Virus record (IMG/VR): IMGVR_UViG_3300012007_000001
Span: 32,001 to 96,000 of that record
Length of the DNA: 64,000 nucleotides
Strand: one strand, 5' to 3'
Source of the DNA: a virus
Lineage: Duplodnaviria > Caudoviricetes
Under the pieces are notes generated by a model that ran no database searches, had not been told where the DNA came from, and saw only the letters and a program-made list of their open reading frames with translations. The translations under genes were made by a program, and so were the position numbers. Positions 48,579 to 58,328 of this stretch are shown here, piece after piece; position 1 is the stretch's first letter, and the number at the start of each line of letters is the position of its first letter.

Positions 48579-49523
48579 ATGGATATAGATGACAGGATTG
48601 AAGAATTTGTGAATCACCTCCACATCGGGAAGCGTGATTTTGAAATTGCGGTTGGCATTGCCAGCGGAACTCTGAGCAAAAAGACCAAAAACGGGGTCAG
48701 AAGCGACACACTAAGACGAATCAAGGAGAAATACCCGCAGCTTAACCTGAACTGGATAGTGGCGGGCGAAGGAATGATGCTGAACGGGCATATTGAAGTG
48801 CCGCCAGTAGTCACCGACGGCATCAAGGAGCGTTTGTTCGCATTCTTGGAACATGAAGGCATCGGCCAAACCGAATTTGAGAAGAAATGCGGGATGGGGC
48901 AGGGCTTCGCCAGCAGGATTACGGATAACGTCAGGGAGGATTCACTCAAGAAAATTTCACGGGCGTTTCCGCATCTGCGTATGTACTGGCTTCGCACGGG
49001 CGACGGCGACATGCTGCTGACAGATGAGGAGATTGAACGTAACAGCCAGCCAGTAGTCGAGACGGCCACGCCTGAAAACGTCGTGTACGTGCCTTTGGTA
49101 AGCCAGTATGCCTATGGCGGCTATGTCGCTGGGTACTCCAGCATGGAATATCTCAGCCGCCTTGCCGTCAGGCCGTTTGTCGTTGACAACGAATCCAAGC
49201 ACAGCAACTACATGGCCTTTGAGGTTCGGAATGACAGCATGGATGACGGGCTGCGCCACGCATACGCGCAGGGCGACATCATCCTGTGCAGGGAGGTTGA
49301 CAGGGCGTATTACATGGAAAGGCTGCTTGACTATGACCGCAGCGACTTCGTGATAGTCCACAGTGACGGAATACTCGTCAAGCGGATAATCGCGCATGAC
49401 GTGATGAACCACAAAATCACAGTCCACTCGTTCAATCCGATATTTGATGATTTGGTCATCGACCTTGCAGATGTCAGGCAGATATTCTCCGTGATTCTGA
49501 AACAGCAGCAATGCAGACGATAG
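48579..49523 (+). CDS. CI-like repressor: two tandem HTH domains + S24 peptidase domain
   Basis: LNLNWIVAGEGMM and LRMYWLRTGDGDM; FEVRNDSM...GDIIL...LVKR...HSFNP. Confidence 0.9.
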   Translation: MDIDDRIEEFVNHLHIGKRDFEIAVGIASGTLSKKTKNGVRSDTLRRIKEKYPQLNLNWIVAGEGMMLNGHIEVPPVVTDGIKERLFAFLEHEGIGQTEFEKKCGMGQGFASRITDNVREDSLKKISRAFPHLRMYWLRTGDGDMLLTDEEIERNSQPVVETATPENVVYVPLVSQYAYGGYVAGYSSMEYLSRLAVRPFVVDNESKHSNYMAFEVRNDSMDDGLRHAYAQGDIILCREVDRAYYMERLLDYDRSDFVIVHSDGILVKRIIAHDVMNHKITVHSFNPIFDDLVIDLADVRQIFSVILKQQQCRR

Positions 49524-49846
49524 ACCTGTTCATCCTCGTGGAATGGATGGCCGAGCAGGTGAACAGTGACAGGCTGGCCGTTCCGAAGTCCTTTCTTGCA
49601 CAAGGGGCTTGGTCTGCCATCGCTGGAGGTCACACCTTCGATTTCTCGTTCACAGACACCGTAATGACGGCCACAGCCGACGGCAAGGAAACAGAGCGGT
49701 ACTTATACCGTCTCGACGGCCAAACGCTGACAGCGGCCACAGGACGGGGCGAGATAAAGATGCAGGTCTATATGGCAGACATCGACACGCCCAACCTGAT
49801 TATCGACGGCATCATTTTCCACCAAAATTCGCCCGAATGTCACTAA
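49511..49846 (+). CDS. small beta-rich protein co-transcribed with repressor
   Basis: overlaps CI stop; L.QG.W...F.FT lipocalin-like pattern. Confidence 0.45.
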   Translation: MQTIDLFILVEWMAEQVNSDRLAVPKSFLAQGAWSAIAGGHTFDFSFTDTVMTATADGKETERYLYRLDGQTLTAATGRGEIKMQVYMADIDTPNLIIDGIIFHQNSPECH

Positions 49847-49918
49847 TTCACCGCAAACAATGAAAACAGCAGCATGTAAAACATCGGTAAACACAGGCGA
49901 TTCCAGCGGTTTTGCCAT

Positions 49919-49966
49919 TCAGATTGTGGTTCTGAATGTCCTCGGTTCGAGTCCGAGCGGGCACCC
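49919..49966 (+). mobile_element. attP core: 3' half of tRNA-His (GTG)
   Basis: TCAGATTGTGGTTCTGAATGTCCTCGGTTCGAGTCCGAGCGGGCACCC, no D arm or 5' acceptor strand; 200 bp upstream of integrase. Confidence 0.85.
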
Positions 49967-50083
49967 TGACATTGGAAAGGTCTCAAAAATTGCTAAATAC
50001 CAGTGTTTATCGGCTTTACGCGATATACCGCCATAGCTGAATCACTGATGAAGAAATGCAATTTTTGGGGCTTTTTTGTTTGC

Positions 50084-50157
50084 AAATTCACCGCAAATTC
50101 ACCGCAAATTCACCGCAAATCAGCCTCAATTCGGAAAATTCACCGCAAATTCACCGC
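50084..50157 (+). repeat. 11-bp direct repeats AAATTCACCGC (3+2 copies), candidate integrase arm-type sites
   Basis: copies at 50084, 50095, 50106, 50136, 50147; further copy at 49845 across the core. Confidence 0.85.
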
Positions 50158-50174
50158 AAAAAATTTATCGAATT

Positions 50175-51461
50175 ATGGCAACTTTAAAAGTAGAACTTGG
50201 CAATCCCGCGAAAGACGGTAGCCGCAAACTTTACATCATCCTTTCACACGCCTGCACCCGCAGACGCATCCCGACAACTATATCTGTCGAAGGAAAGGAA
50301 GTGTCTGCCAAAACTGGCAGAATCATATCGTCACAGAAGCAGCACCTCATTGATGACTTGGTGGCAGAATACAAAAACAGGATTTATCAGCTTGACTTGG
50401 AACTGACTGGCGCACGGGTGGATGCCGATTACATCTACCAGCGCATCACGTCATCGAAGCCGAAGAATGATGAATACGATTTCTTCCAGTTCACGGAAGA
50501 ATGGCTCAAAGGTAAGGGCAAAGAGAAAAAGAACTATGCCACGATGCTGAACTCTGTGGAAAAATACCTTGGGCGGCGCAAGCTGTCATTCAAGGATATT
50601 GACTACATGTTTCTAAAGGGATATTCTGACTACATGAGCCAGTATCAACGGGCGCAGTCGCACTATCTTGGACTAATTAGACACATCCACAACCTTGCAC
50701 GGAAAACATACAACACAGACGGACAAACGGTAATACCTTCAACTGCCATCGAGAACTTCGATTTTCCACGTCAGCAGTTAAAGGGCGGCAGGGCTATGGA
50801 TATTGACATCCTTCTGCGTGTGTTCCGCTACCAGCCTATAGGCCGACGCGATACGCTTGCCCGTGACTGTGCCATCATTTCCTTCTGTTTCATGGGCATG
50901 AACTCCGTTGATATGTTCAATGCTACATCGTTCAAGCGGGGTGTGCTGGCCTACAACCGCACCAAGACCGAAGGGCGGCGTTCCGACAATGCCTATATCG
51001 AGGTCAAGATGTATGACCGTATCAAAGACTTGATGCGCAAGTATTCTGATGATACCCGCGTTTTCAGCTTTCACAAGCGATTCTCGACACCTGCCAGCTT
51101 CAACAGAGCACTGAACATCGGGCTAAAGACCATCATGGATGCCATCAATGCAGAAATTTCGCTGGAGAACAGGAAGCGGAAGCCAAAGGACAGGACAAAG
51201 ATGCTTGATACCTTGCAATTCTACCAGTTTAGGCACACATGGGCTACTGTAGCAAGAAACAATGTCGGAATAGACAAGTACACCGTTCACGAATGTTTGA
51301 ACCATATCGACGCTGATACACGAATTGATGATGTCTATATCAAGAAAGATTTCGGAATCGTCAATGCCGCTAATGCAAAGGTGTTGGATTATGTGTTTGG
51401 CCTGCTGGATGAACAAGAGCAACAAGAGAACAACAAGAAAGCAACAAGGTTAAACGTCTGA
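50175..51461 (+). CDS. tyrosine integrase (Bacteroidota type with arm-binding and SAM-like domains)
   Basis: GMNSVD, YNRTKT, YQFRHTWAT, LNH, VYI. Confidence 0.93.
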   Translation: MATLKVELGNPAKDGSRKLYIILSHACTRRRIPTTISVEGKEVSAKTGRIISSQKQHLIDDLVAEYKNRIYQLDLELTGARVDADYIYQRITSSKPKNDEYDFFQFTEEWLKGKGKEKKNYATMLNSVEKYLGRRKLSFKDIDYMFLKGYSDYMSQYQRAQSHYLGLIRHIHNLARKTYNTDGQTVIPSTAIENFDFPRQQLKGGRAMDIDILLRVFRYQPIGRRDTLARDCAIISFCFMGMNSVDMFNATSFKRGVLAYNRTKTEGRRSDNAYIEVKMYDRIKDLMRKYSDDTRVFSFHKRFSTPASFNRALNIGLKTIMDAINAEISLENRKRKPKDRTKMLDTLQFYQFRHTWATVARNNVGIDKYTVHECLNHIDADTRIDDVYIKKDFGIVNAANAKVLDYVFGLLDEQEQQENNKKATRLNV

Positions 51462-51525
51462 TAATTAGAAAGTTCCTATCTTCGCAGAATAACAAACAAC
51501 AAGAGGCTAACAAAAGGACAACAAG

Positions 51526-51552
51526 AAAGGGCGGTCACATGGCCGTCCTTTT
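51526..51552. terminator. bidirectional intrinsic terminator
   Basis: AAAGGGCGGTCA-CA-TGGCCGTCCTTTT between convergent genes. Confidence 0.7.
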
Positions 51553-51555
51553 CCG

Positions 51556-51993
51556 TTATTCTTTCTTCGGTAGTAATGCCCTTAGATTCTCCAACACTTT
51601 ATTCTTTCCGCATCCTATCCTTCTTTGTGTTTCTGACATTCTGTTTATTGTTTTTTCTGTAAATCGCAGAAAATCTTCAATGTTTGCCTGCATAACATCG
51701 TTAGGTGTAAGATACAACAAACCAAGATGCCTATCATCCCCTTGCAACCATTCCGATTTCAAAACGAAGTAGTGCATCTTGCCTTTTATATAATATTGTA
51801 TTTCCCAATGAGCAGGCTCCCAGCTGCTTGCTTCATACCATTTAATTTCAACCTTCCTAACCTTCTGCTTTTCTACAGCAGCAAAATCTTCACCGCCATA
51901 TACCCAATGCGAATAGCAGGTATCACCCACCTTTAATATTGGTACTGGTGGATGACATTTTTCTGTGTACCTATAAAATCTCTCTTCTTTCAT
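51556..51993 (-). CDS. hypothetical protein (tandem paralog 1)
   Basis: P..KVGDT.Y..W...RKVEI...Y.I.G...Y.TP..M..N. Confidence 0.6.
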   Translation of the reverse strand: MKEERFYRYTEKCHPPVPILKVGDTCYSHWVYGGEDFAAVEKQKVRKVEIKWYEASSWEPAHWEIQYYIKGKMHYFVLKSEWLQGDDRHLGLLYLTPNDVMQANIEDFLRFTEKTINRMSETQRRIGCGKNKVLENLRALLPKKE

Positions 51994-52424
51994 TTCACAT
52001 GTAATAAGTTTCTTGCTTCACGTTCCGAATACCCTATCTTCATTGCTTCATCACGTATCATAAACGACTTCTTTTGAAGAAACTCCTTCAATTTGATAAG
52101 GTTCTGTTCCATCGCCTCCCGTGGTGTGCCGTAAATCATCAGGTAGTTCCAATGGTCTGCACCATAGCTGAATGGCAATCTGTAGCCAGTGATGTAGTAG
52201 TGAACGTGGTACTTTCCATCAATGTCAGACTTAGTAACTTCAATTTTCTTAATCTTTCGCGGTGTGACCTTCTCGATTTCATCCAGCCCCCACAGACACG
52301 GGATATAGACTGTATCGCCGACGTTGAAGCGCGGCACTGGCTTGATAGTTGCCAAGTCAATGACATCAGCATTCAGTGCAAGTTCCAGTTGGTGCGCCCT
52401 AATCTTTGCCTCTATTCTTTTCAT
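51990..52424 (-). CDS. hypothetical protein (tandem paralog 2)
   Basis: P.FNVGDTVY..W...KKIEV...YYITG...YGTP.EAM.QN. Confidence 0.6.
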   Translation of the reverse strand: MKRIEAKIRAHQLELALNADVIDLATIKPVPRFNVGDTVYIPCLWGLDEIEKVTPRKIKKIEVTKSDIDGKYHVHYYITGYRLPFSYGADHWNYLMIYGTPREAMEQNLIKLKEFLQKKSFMIRDEAMKIGYSEREARNLLHVK

Positions 52425-52728
52425 ACTCTTCGATTGCCTGTTTGCCTACATTGGTAATGCAATACCCTGTATTCGTTCCACTGAATGCACGACTATACCA
52501 TTTCACCAGCCCCCTCTTTGCCATCTTGCCAAGCAGTGACCCAGCGCAAAGCCATGCCTTTTTACCAGCACATGCACCATTGCCGCCGTTGCTGACAGCT
52601 TCAAACAGATACCGCTTTTCTTCATCTTCACCCCACAATGCAAGGGCAAAGCTATTAGCGGGCATCGGGCGTGAAAAGGTGGTTTTCTCCAGTACCTTCA
52701 ATGCCTTATAGGTCTTTTCCGTAATCAT
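52399..52728 (-). CDS. wHTH-like hypothetical protein
   Basis: L.KMAKRGLV...Y.ITNVGK. Confidence 0.5.
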   Translation of the reverse strand: MITEKTYKALKVLEKTTFSRPMPANSFALALWGEDEEKRYLFEAVSNGGNGACAGKKAWLCAGSLLGKMAKRGLVKWYSRAFSGTNTGYCITNVGKQAIEEYEKNRGKD

Positions 52729-53674
52729 ACTTTAGTAACATCCATTTCACCATTAAAATACTTCATCGTTGGATTGCGCCAGTCACATGAAAGACATTTG
52801 ACCATACGTTTCCCGTCATTACGAATGTACTTTTTCATAACAAGAAACGTGTTGCACGTCCTTTTTGATTCAAACAATGCGTATTTCCTTTTAGTACGAA
52901 ACACATCGCCATCTGCCAAATCAAACAGCATCATAACGTCTTGACACAACGCAGGGCGAAATCCAGTGCTTCAATCTGATGCTGGCACTTCGCGGCCTTG
53001 TCATACAACTTCAACTTTTCAGCATCCTGCATTTCCGCATTCAGCTTTTCGACCTTCTCCTCGATGGTCTGAATAATCAACTTTCTATCTTCCATATCAA
53101 CCTAATATTTTATTGTGAATTTTCTCTTGCAGTTCAATATGAATATCCTGCAATCCTGTTTCAAAATACTGCGCTTCCGCTGTTGGAGAAAATATGCCCT
53201 TCAATGACAGACAATGAAGATAATGACATTTCTCCAGCATCTCCAGTTGTTTTGCCGTGAACTTTTTACGCTTCACGTCTTTTAATTTCATCTTTGCCAT
53301 ATTACTTATAATTTACCATTCGTTTAACCGTGAATAATAATCTTTCTAACACATCTATTTTGTCATCGCTTTCTTGAACATCGTCAATAATAGCAATCAA
53401 TTCTTCGCGTTCTTTCTTCGTCATGGCCTATTCCTCCATCGCTTTACGAAAATCATCAAACATATAGTCAATGTCACGTCCTTTTACAAGATAGTCATTT
53501 ATATGGCTTTTCAGCCATTCGCAAGCATCATCTATTACTTTCTTGTTTGACCATTCCACGATTCTTACGGCCACGCCAGTAGTTACCTCATAGTCGGATA
53601 AAAGTTCATGCCCTATTTCGGTCATCAACTCTGCCGCCTTTTTCCGTACTTCTTCTTGTTTAATCATCATATTG

Positions 53675-55543
53675 TTACTTGAAATATTTGTTTCTGAATG
53701 CCTGTGAAAACAGTGTGCGCTCTACCAGTGTATAGGTCTCTTTCTCCTTTGCCGTGATAGGCCGCTTCCACTTCAACCTGTTCTTTATCGTATCAATGGC
53801 CACACGCACAATCGACTCAGCTGTTATGCCGTCTTTCGGCTGTAAGCCCTTTGCCATCATCTGACCCACGAACATCTTTATATATTCGTTTTCAGCCTCC
53901 AGTTCTTTCAGGTACATGGTCTTGAACTCCTTCAACAAACGCACAAATCTGTAATACTTTGACCTGTGCAGGCGCGAATTGAGGTAGTACTCAACATCTT
54001 CAATCTTCATGTCATCGTAATTCAGAATGCCGTCGTTGTCAAGGGCGACCCGAATTGAAACGCGATTCTTCCGCTTGCTATCTTCCCAATAACCGCGTAC
54101 CTCATTCGTTGGCATGTATTTAATCAAGAAATCGTAATTATCCCAATAGCCTTTACGCAAACCATCATCCAGTTTCTCCAGTGTGTAGATTCCGCTGGCT
54201 GGCAGTTCAGGGGCAGACCATTTGTTAGTGTAGTATTTCACGAAATCATGCTCGTCATTAAAATGATAGCCGCGTTCCGTGCTATACTTCGCTACTATAA
54301 TCAACACGCGCTTACCTTCGCAAAGCTGGCTGTTCATAGACTTCATCCATTCTTCGACAGACGGCCTACCATCGCCAAGTGCTCTGCTGGCATCCAGTTC
54401 ATACCGAAGCTGAATCTGTTCATCCGTGAATCCTTCCATCTTGATAAGACTGCCTGTAACGGTGTGCGGCGAAAACACATCGGAGCGTTCTACCAATCCC
54501 TGCATCAAGAAAGCCACCTGCGTATATTGCTTGCGAAAACTTTCTGATTCAAGTGTTCCGCTGACATGTGTGTACTGCCTCTCCTTTTCAAGAATCTTTA
54601 GGTATTCTTCTTTGTTCGGGTACATCCTATCAAACAGATAGATGTGTTCAGAATCTATCTTATAGAGGTTCTCACCGTTCCGAATAAGAAATACCGTATG
54701 ATGGTTGGGTATATTCATTATCCTGTTTGTCATTGCACCGCCAATGCTGCCTTCTTCTGCATACTTCTTATCCGTCCGACGCGGCTTGACGGCCACCATA
54801 GACTTCTCGTCAGGCATGAACTCCTTGAAGCGGTCATTCTGCAACAGCCATTCGTCGAACTTGTCAACCTTCTGCCAGTCGAAATCGTCATCAATCAATG
54901 CCAGTTCCTCATCCATAAAGATTACGGCCTGCCTGAATACTATCGGAGTGGTTTCGGGTGCTGGTTCGCCAGCGTGTAACTGTTCCACGCTTTCCTTGAT
55001 GCCCGCATAGGTCTCGATGGTCTGAATGACATAATCCAGCCTTTTGACCTCACGCCCCATCTTTTCTATCATATCACGCATAGGCCGAAGCCGTGCCTCC
55101 AGTTCCCGTGTTTTCCGCTGAATCATTATATCAGCATACTTTCGGGTCTTTTCGGCCACGATTGCAGCCCTGTTGATATTCTCACGCAGAATCATCAAAG
55201 TGTCTTTACTGCCAAGCGACATCAAAGCCGTATCGCTGCTTTCCGTAAACTCTTCAAAGGTTTCTCCGTTCAGCAGTCTTTCGGCCATCTGCTTAATCTT
55301 TTCGACATCAACACCCAGCACACTGTAATAATGCAGGTTGTCTTTTCCGATTCTGTAATCCTTCTTGAAGGTGTTATCTATCACCTCCAGCGTTTCAGGG
55401 TTCACAGTGTCAACGACTACGCTCCCATCATCATTGACGGCCTTAATCCTGTAGATGTCATCACGGTCGTACAGGTAGCATCCGACCTTCAACTCTTCAT
55501 TGACGGCCAGCTGCAAATCCGCTTTCTTGATGATTCCGTTCAT
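53675..55543 (-). CDS. large hypothetical protein with coiled coil
   Basis: 622-aa ORF; IETYAG..E...L..GEPAP...RQ...MDEE; LIRNGENLY. Confidence 0.7.
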   Translation of the reverse strand: MNGIIKKADLQLAVNEELKVGCYLYDRDDIYRIKAVNDDGSVVVDTVNPETLEVIDNTFKKDYRIGKDNLHYYSVLGVDVEKIKQMAERLLNGETFEEFTESSDTALMSLGSKDTLMILRENINRAAIVAEKTRKYADIMIQRKTRELEARLRPMRDMIEKMGREVKRLDYVIQTIETYAGIKESVEQLHAGEPAPETTPIVFRQAVIFMDEELALIDDDFDWQKVDKFDEWLLQNDRFKEFMPDEKSMVAVKPRRTDKKYAEEGSIGGAMTNRIMNIPNHHTVFLIRNGENLYKIDSEHIYLFDRMYPNKEEYLKILEKERQYTHVSGTLESESFRKQYTQVAFLMQGLVERSDVFSPHTVTGSLIKMEGFTDEQIQLRYELDASRALGDGRPSVEEWMKSMNSQLCEGKRVLIIVAKYSTERGYHFNDEHDFVKYYTNKWSAPELPASGIYTLEKLDDGLRKGYWDNYDFLIKYMPTNEVRGYWEDSKRKNRVSIRVALDNDGILNYDDMKIEDVEYYLNSRLHRSKYYRFVRLLKEFKTMYLKELEAENEYIKMFVGQMMAKGLQPKDGITAESIVRVAIDTIKNRLKWKRPITAKEKETYTLVERTLFSQAFRNKYFK

Positions 55544-55567
55544 ATTCTAAATGGTTTTGAATGATTC

Positions 55568-55803
55568 TTATTTATACTTTTCTGCATACCAGTCCATCGC
55601 CATGTCCTCAAAATGGCCGACGCTGGCATCTTTGGATTCGTCACCGTATTTTGCGGCGACTTCCGCTCTTGATGAAATGTACTCGACCTTTTCACCGTCT
55701 TTTCTTTCAAACCGCATCTCATACCGCTCATCGTGTTCACAATAGCGTGACATGCTTTTCAAATCGTGCTCTATGGTGAAGAGCAAAAACTTCTTGTCTT
55801 CCA
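55568..55803 (-). CDS. hypothetical protein
   Basis: ORF in operon, probable start MEDKK. Confidence 0.5.
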
Positions 55804-55818
55804 TTTTTCCGTTTTTTA

Positions 55819-56061
55819 TTATAAGACCTTTTTTAATTTGTTCAGTGCTTCGTCGCGTGTCTTGCCCCAACAGGCAGGATTCACATTGCCGTCATTGTCG
55901 ATGATTTCAGCAGCAAGATACCAAAAATCATATTCCCATTCGCTGTATTCCTTCTTGGCTTCACGAATCGTTTCAAACTCATCCACAATATCCTGTGTGC
56001 CTTTGTTGCACACTGCAATACTGATGCAGATGGTATAACCTTTATACTTAACTTCCTTCAT
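55819..56061 (-). CDS. hypothetical protein
   Basis: ORF in operon. Confidence 0.55.
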   Translation of the reverse strand: MKEVKYKGYTICISIAVCNKGTQDIVDEFETIREAKKEYSEWEYDFWYLAAEIIDNDGNVNPACWGKTRDEALNKLKKVL

Positions 56062-56072
56062 TTCCGTATGCT

Positions 56073-56591
56073 TTAGAATGTTTGACCCCAGCCCTCATTA
56101 CGATGGTATTCAGCCAGCTTGCAGCCGAAACTATTGTAATAATAGACCACTTCATCACGTTCCTTGGTGTAGTCACCCTCTTGGGCTGTCTGCTGTAGGT
56201 AAGCCATGAACTCATCCTCGCTGACATGCGCCCTGTTGTACTCGTCGAAATCCAGTATCTTCATATTGAATGCTTTTGGCAGTTTCCTTGTCTGTTTCCG
56301 AAATCCGTTGTGCCACTTACAGGCATCAATGAAATCTGCTGTCGTGACCTTTTCGCCATCGCCAAGCAGGTGCATCAGCTGTGCAAAAACCTCTATCGGG
56401 CAACTGTGCGCCCTTCCGTTTATCTGAGCCGTCACAACAAAGGCATTCTGCCTGTTGTCGTATTCGCAGACGGCATCACATTCAAGGTAGGCTTTGGCAA
56501 GTTCTGTCATCGCCCTGCACTCTTGCATGTACTTACCCAATGCAACCTGTGCGCGTTGTGCGACCTTCCGCAGCTTTGTTTCATCTTTCAT
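56073..56591 (-). CDS. hypothetical protein
   Basis: ORF in operon. Confidence 0.55.
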   Translation of the reverse strand: MKDETKLRKVAQRAQVALGKYMQECRAMTELAKAYLECDAVCEYDNRQNAFVVTAQINGRAHSCPIEVFAQLMHLLGDGEKVTTADFIDACKWHNGFRKQTRKLPKAFNMKILDFDEYNRAHVSEDEFMAYLQQTAQEGDYTKERDEVVYYYNSFGCKLAEYHRNEGWGQTF

Positions 56592-57011
56592 AAGTTCGGC
56601 CAGTATTTATAATCGTTCTCGTTCAATCTGTCACTGAATACATTTCTCATGTGGGTATCTTCAAACGGCTTGTTACCGTGATTCTTGACCCTGTAGATGT
56701 ATTGCTCTGCATCATCATCGACCTGTGCATACTTCCAGCGTTCCAAGGCAGCGTAGAATGTTCGCTTCTCGTCGGCTGTCAGGTCTGAATAGCTGCAAAG
56801 CGTTCTTTCATGCGCCTGTTCATACAATCCGACTATAGCGGCCAGTTCGATGCTGATATTGCCTTTCATCGGTTCTTTGACATAAATCCTGAACAGGTCT
56901 CTCAATCCGAAACGAATGGGTATCTGATTCCATTTGTTCGGCTCAAGCCCCTTGCGATGCAGCAGGGTTGCAATATCCGTCGTTGTCTTGACTGCTGGTT
57001 TATTCATATCC

Positions 57012-57272
57012 TTAGAAGCACTTATATACCTTATTATATATATTCTCTCCGTGTAATACCTTGATGACGGCCAGCATAGCGTTCTGCATATCATATCGCT
57101 TGTTACAGTCATCAATCGTCATGCAATCCTTATCCAGTAGGCTGTCGAAATACTTTTTGAAGTCTTTCAGCCCGAAGTATTTGGCAACCTCTGAGCATAC
57201 CTCTGTGTGCAAGTTATCGGCGGTCATATCCTGCCACTCCATAACCTTCTGAATGAATGTTTTCTTTGCCAT
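57012..57272 (-). CDS. hypothetical protein
   Basis: first ORF after leader copy F. Confidence 0.6.
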   Translation of the reverse strand: MAKKTFIQKVMEWQDMTADNLHTEVCSEVAKYFGLKDFKKYFDSLLDKDCMTIDDCNKRYDMQNAMLAVIKVLHGENIYNKVYKCF

Positions 57273-57325
57273 ATCTCTTGTGCCTTTGTTTATGCTGTCG
57301 GCAGCAGTCTAAATGTTGTTGTTTC
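57273..57325 (-). ncRNA. repeated pseudoknot-like 5' leader motif, copy F
   Basis: TTTAGA-CTG-CTGCCGA-CAG-CATAAACAAA-GGCA-8 nt-ATG. Confidence 0.6.
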
Positions 57326-57335
57326 TGTTATCTGA

Positions 57336-57476
57336 TGCAAATTTACGAATAATATTTGAATTGACAATGAAATATTTAATTTTTAACACAAAATTAACCT
57401 TTGCTAAATAAAGTTATTAAATTAAAGATTTTAGACTAAAAGTTTGCATAATAAATTTATTTGCTTTATCTTTGCA
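57336..57476. promoter_or_regulatory. divergent promoter pair with operator
   Basis: leftward TAAATTTGCA; rightward TTTGCATAATAAATTTATTTGCTTTATCTTTGCA. Confidence 0.7.
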
Positions 57477-57491
57477 CCCATAAAGCGAAAG

Positions 57492-57545
57492 CAAAACCAT
57501 TTAGAAGCGGATGCGCCAACCGTTCAAACAGGCACGTAATATAAT
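57492..57545 (+). ncRNA. repeated pseudoknot-like 5' leader motif, copy G
   Basis: TTTAGAA-GCGG-ATGCGCCAA-CCGT-TCAAACA-GGCA-11 nt-ATG. Confidence 0.65.
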
Positions 57546-57896
57546 ATGTATAAGGTAGATGAACATAGGCACTATAAACAGATACTCTTAGAACTTTCAG
57601 ATGACAAGCTGAAAAACGAAATTATGCGCCTTTACGGTGACAGATTCAGGTTTCTCCAGTCGAAGGGAGCAAACACAGATACCTATATCAAGAAGGTACG
57701 CGATAACGAGTACATTATGAAGGTGTGGAACTGCAACTACAGATGGGCAGACGGTGAGATATTCGGCGAGATTGCACCCTGTAAGAACAACACAGACCAT
57801 ACTATTACATTCACGAAGCATGGCGACCAGTGGCGCGTCATACACTTTCAACGGAGATATTACGGACAGTCAGACATCAATACTCAATTACAATAA
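57546..57896 (+). CDS. hypothetical protein
   Basis: first ORF after leader copy G. Confidence 0.6.
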   Translation: MYKVDEHRHYKQILLELSDDKLKNEIMRLYGDRFRFLQSKGANTDTYIKKVRDNEYIMKVWNCNYRWADGEIFGEIAPCKNNTDHTITFTKHGDQWRVIHFQRRYYGQSDINTQLQ

Positions 57897-58328
57897 TTAT
57901 GGTACAGACAACAAAGGAATACAAAGACGATAAGGTGATTGCACATATCACTATTGATGACCGTCAGCCGTTTGCACTGGCTTTCAACAGCGAACAGGAG
58001 ATGCAGCGACTCGGTGAGTGTCTAATCGACCTTGCGCGTGGGTGCAGGTCAGCAAAAATCGGATAGCATGAGTACAGACTGCGATTTACTGAAAGAACTG
58101 CGGAAAGAACGCAGGACGAACAAAGAAGGTGGCAGGATTGACTATGCCATCAGGCAAATCACAGAACTCGGCTATAAGGTGTCAATGGAAGGTAATACGG
58201 CCATCAGTTTCATCTTTATGGGTGAGCGCGTCATGGTGTACCCTTATACTGGATGGTTCACTGGCAAGACGGTGAAAGACGGTCGCGGAATACAGAACTT
58301 ACTTAAACAGATAAAACAGAAATAGGTA

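Noticed and set aside
49890-49966. Complete tRNA-His gene
   Set aside because: The 5' acceptor strand and D arm are absent; only the 3' half is present.
50084-50157. Tandem repeats as CRISPR array or as coding N-terminus of the integrase (ORF track start 50076)
   Set aside because: 11-bp units without unique spacers and no cas genes; position fits arm-type att sites, and the integrase more plausibly starts at ATG 50175.
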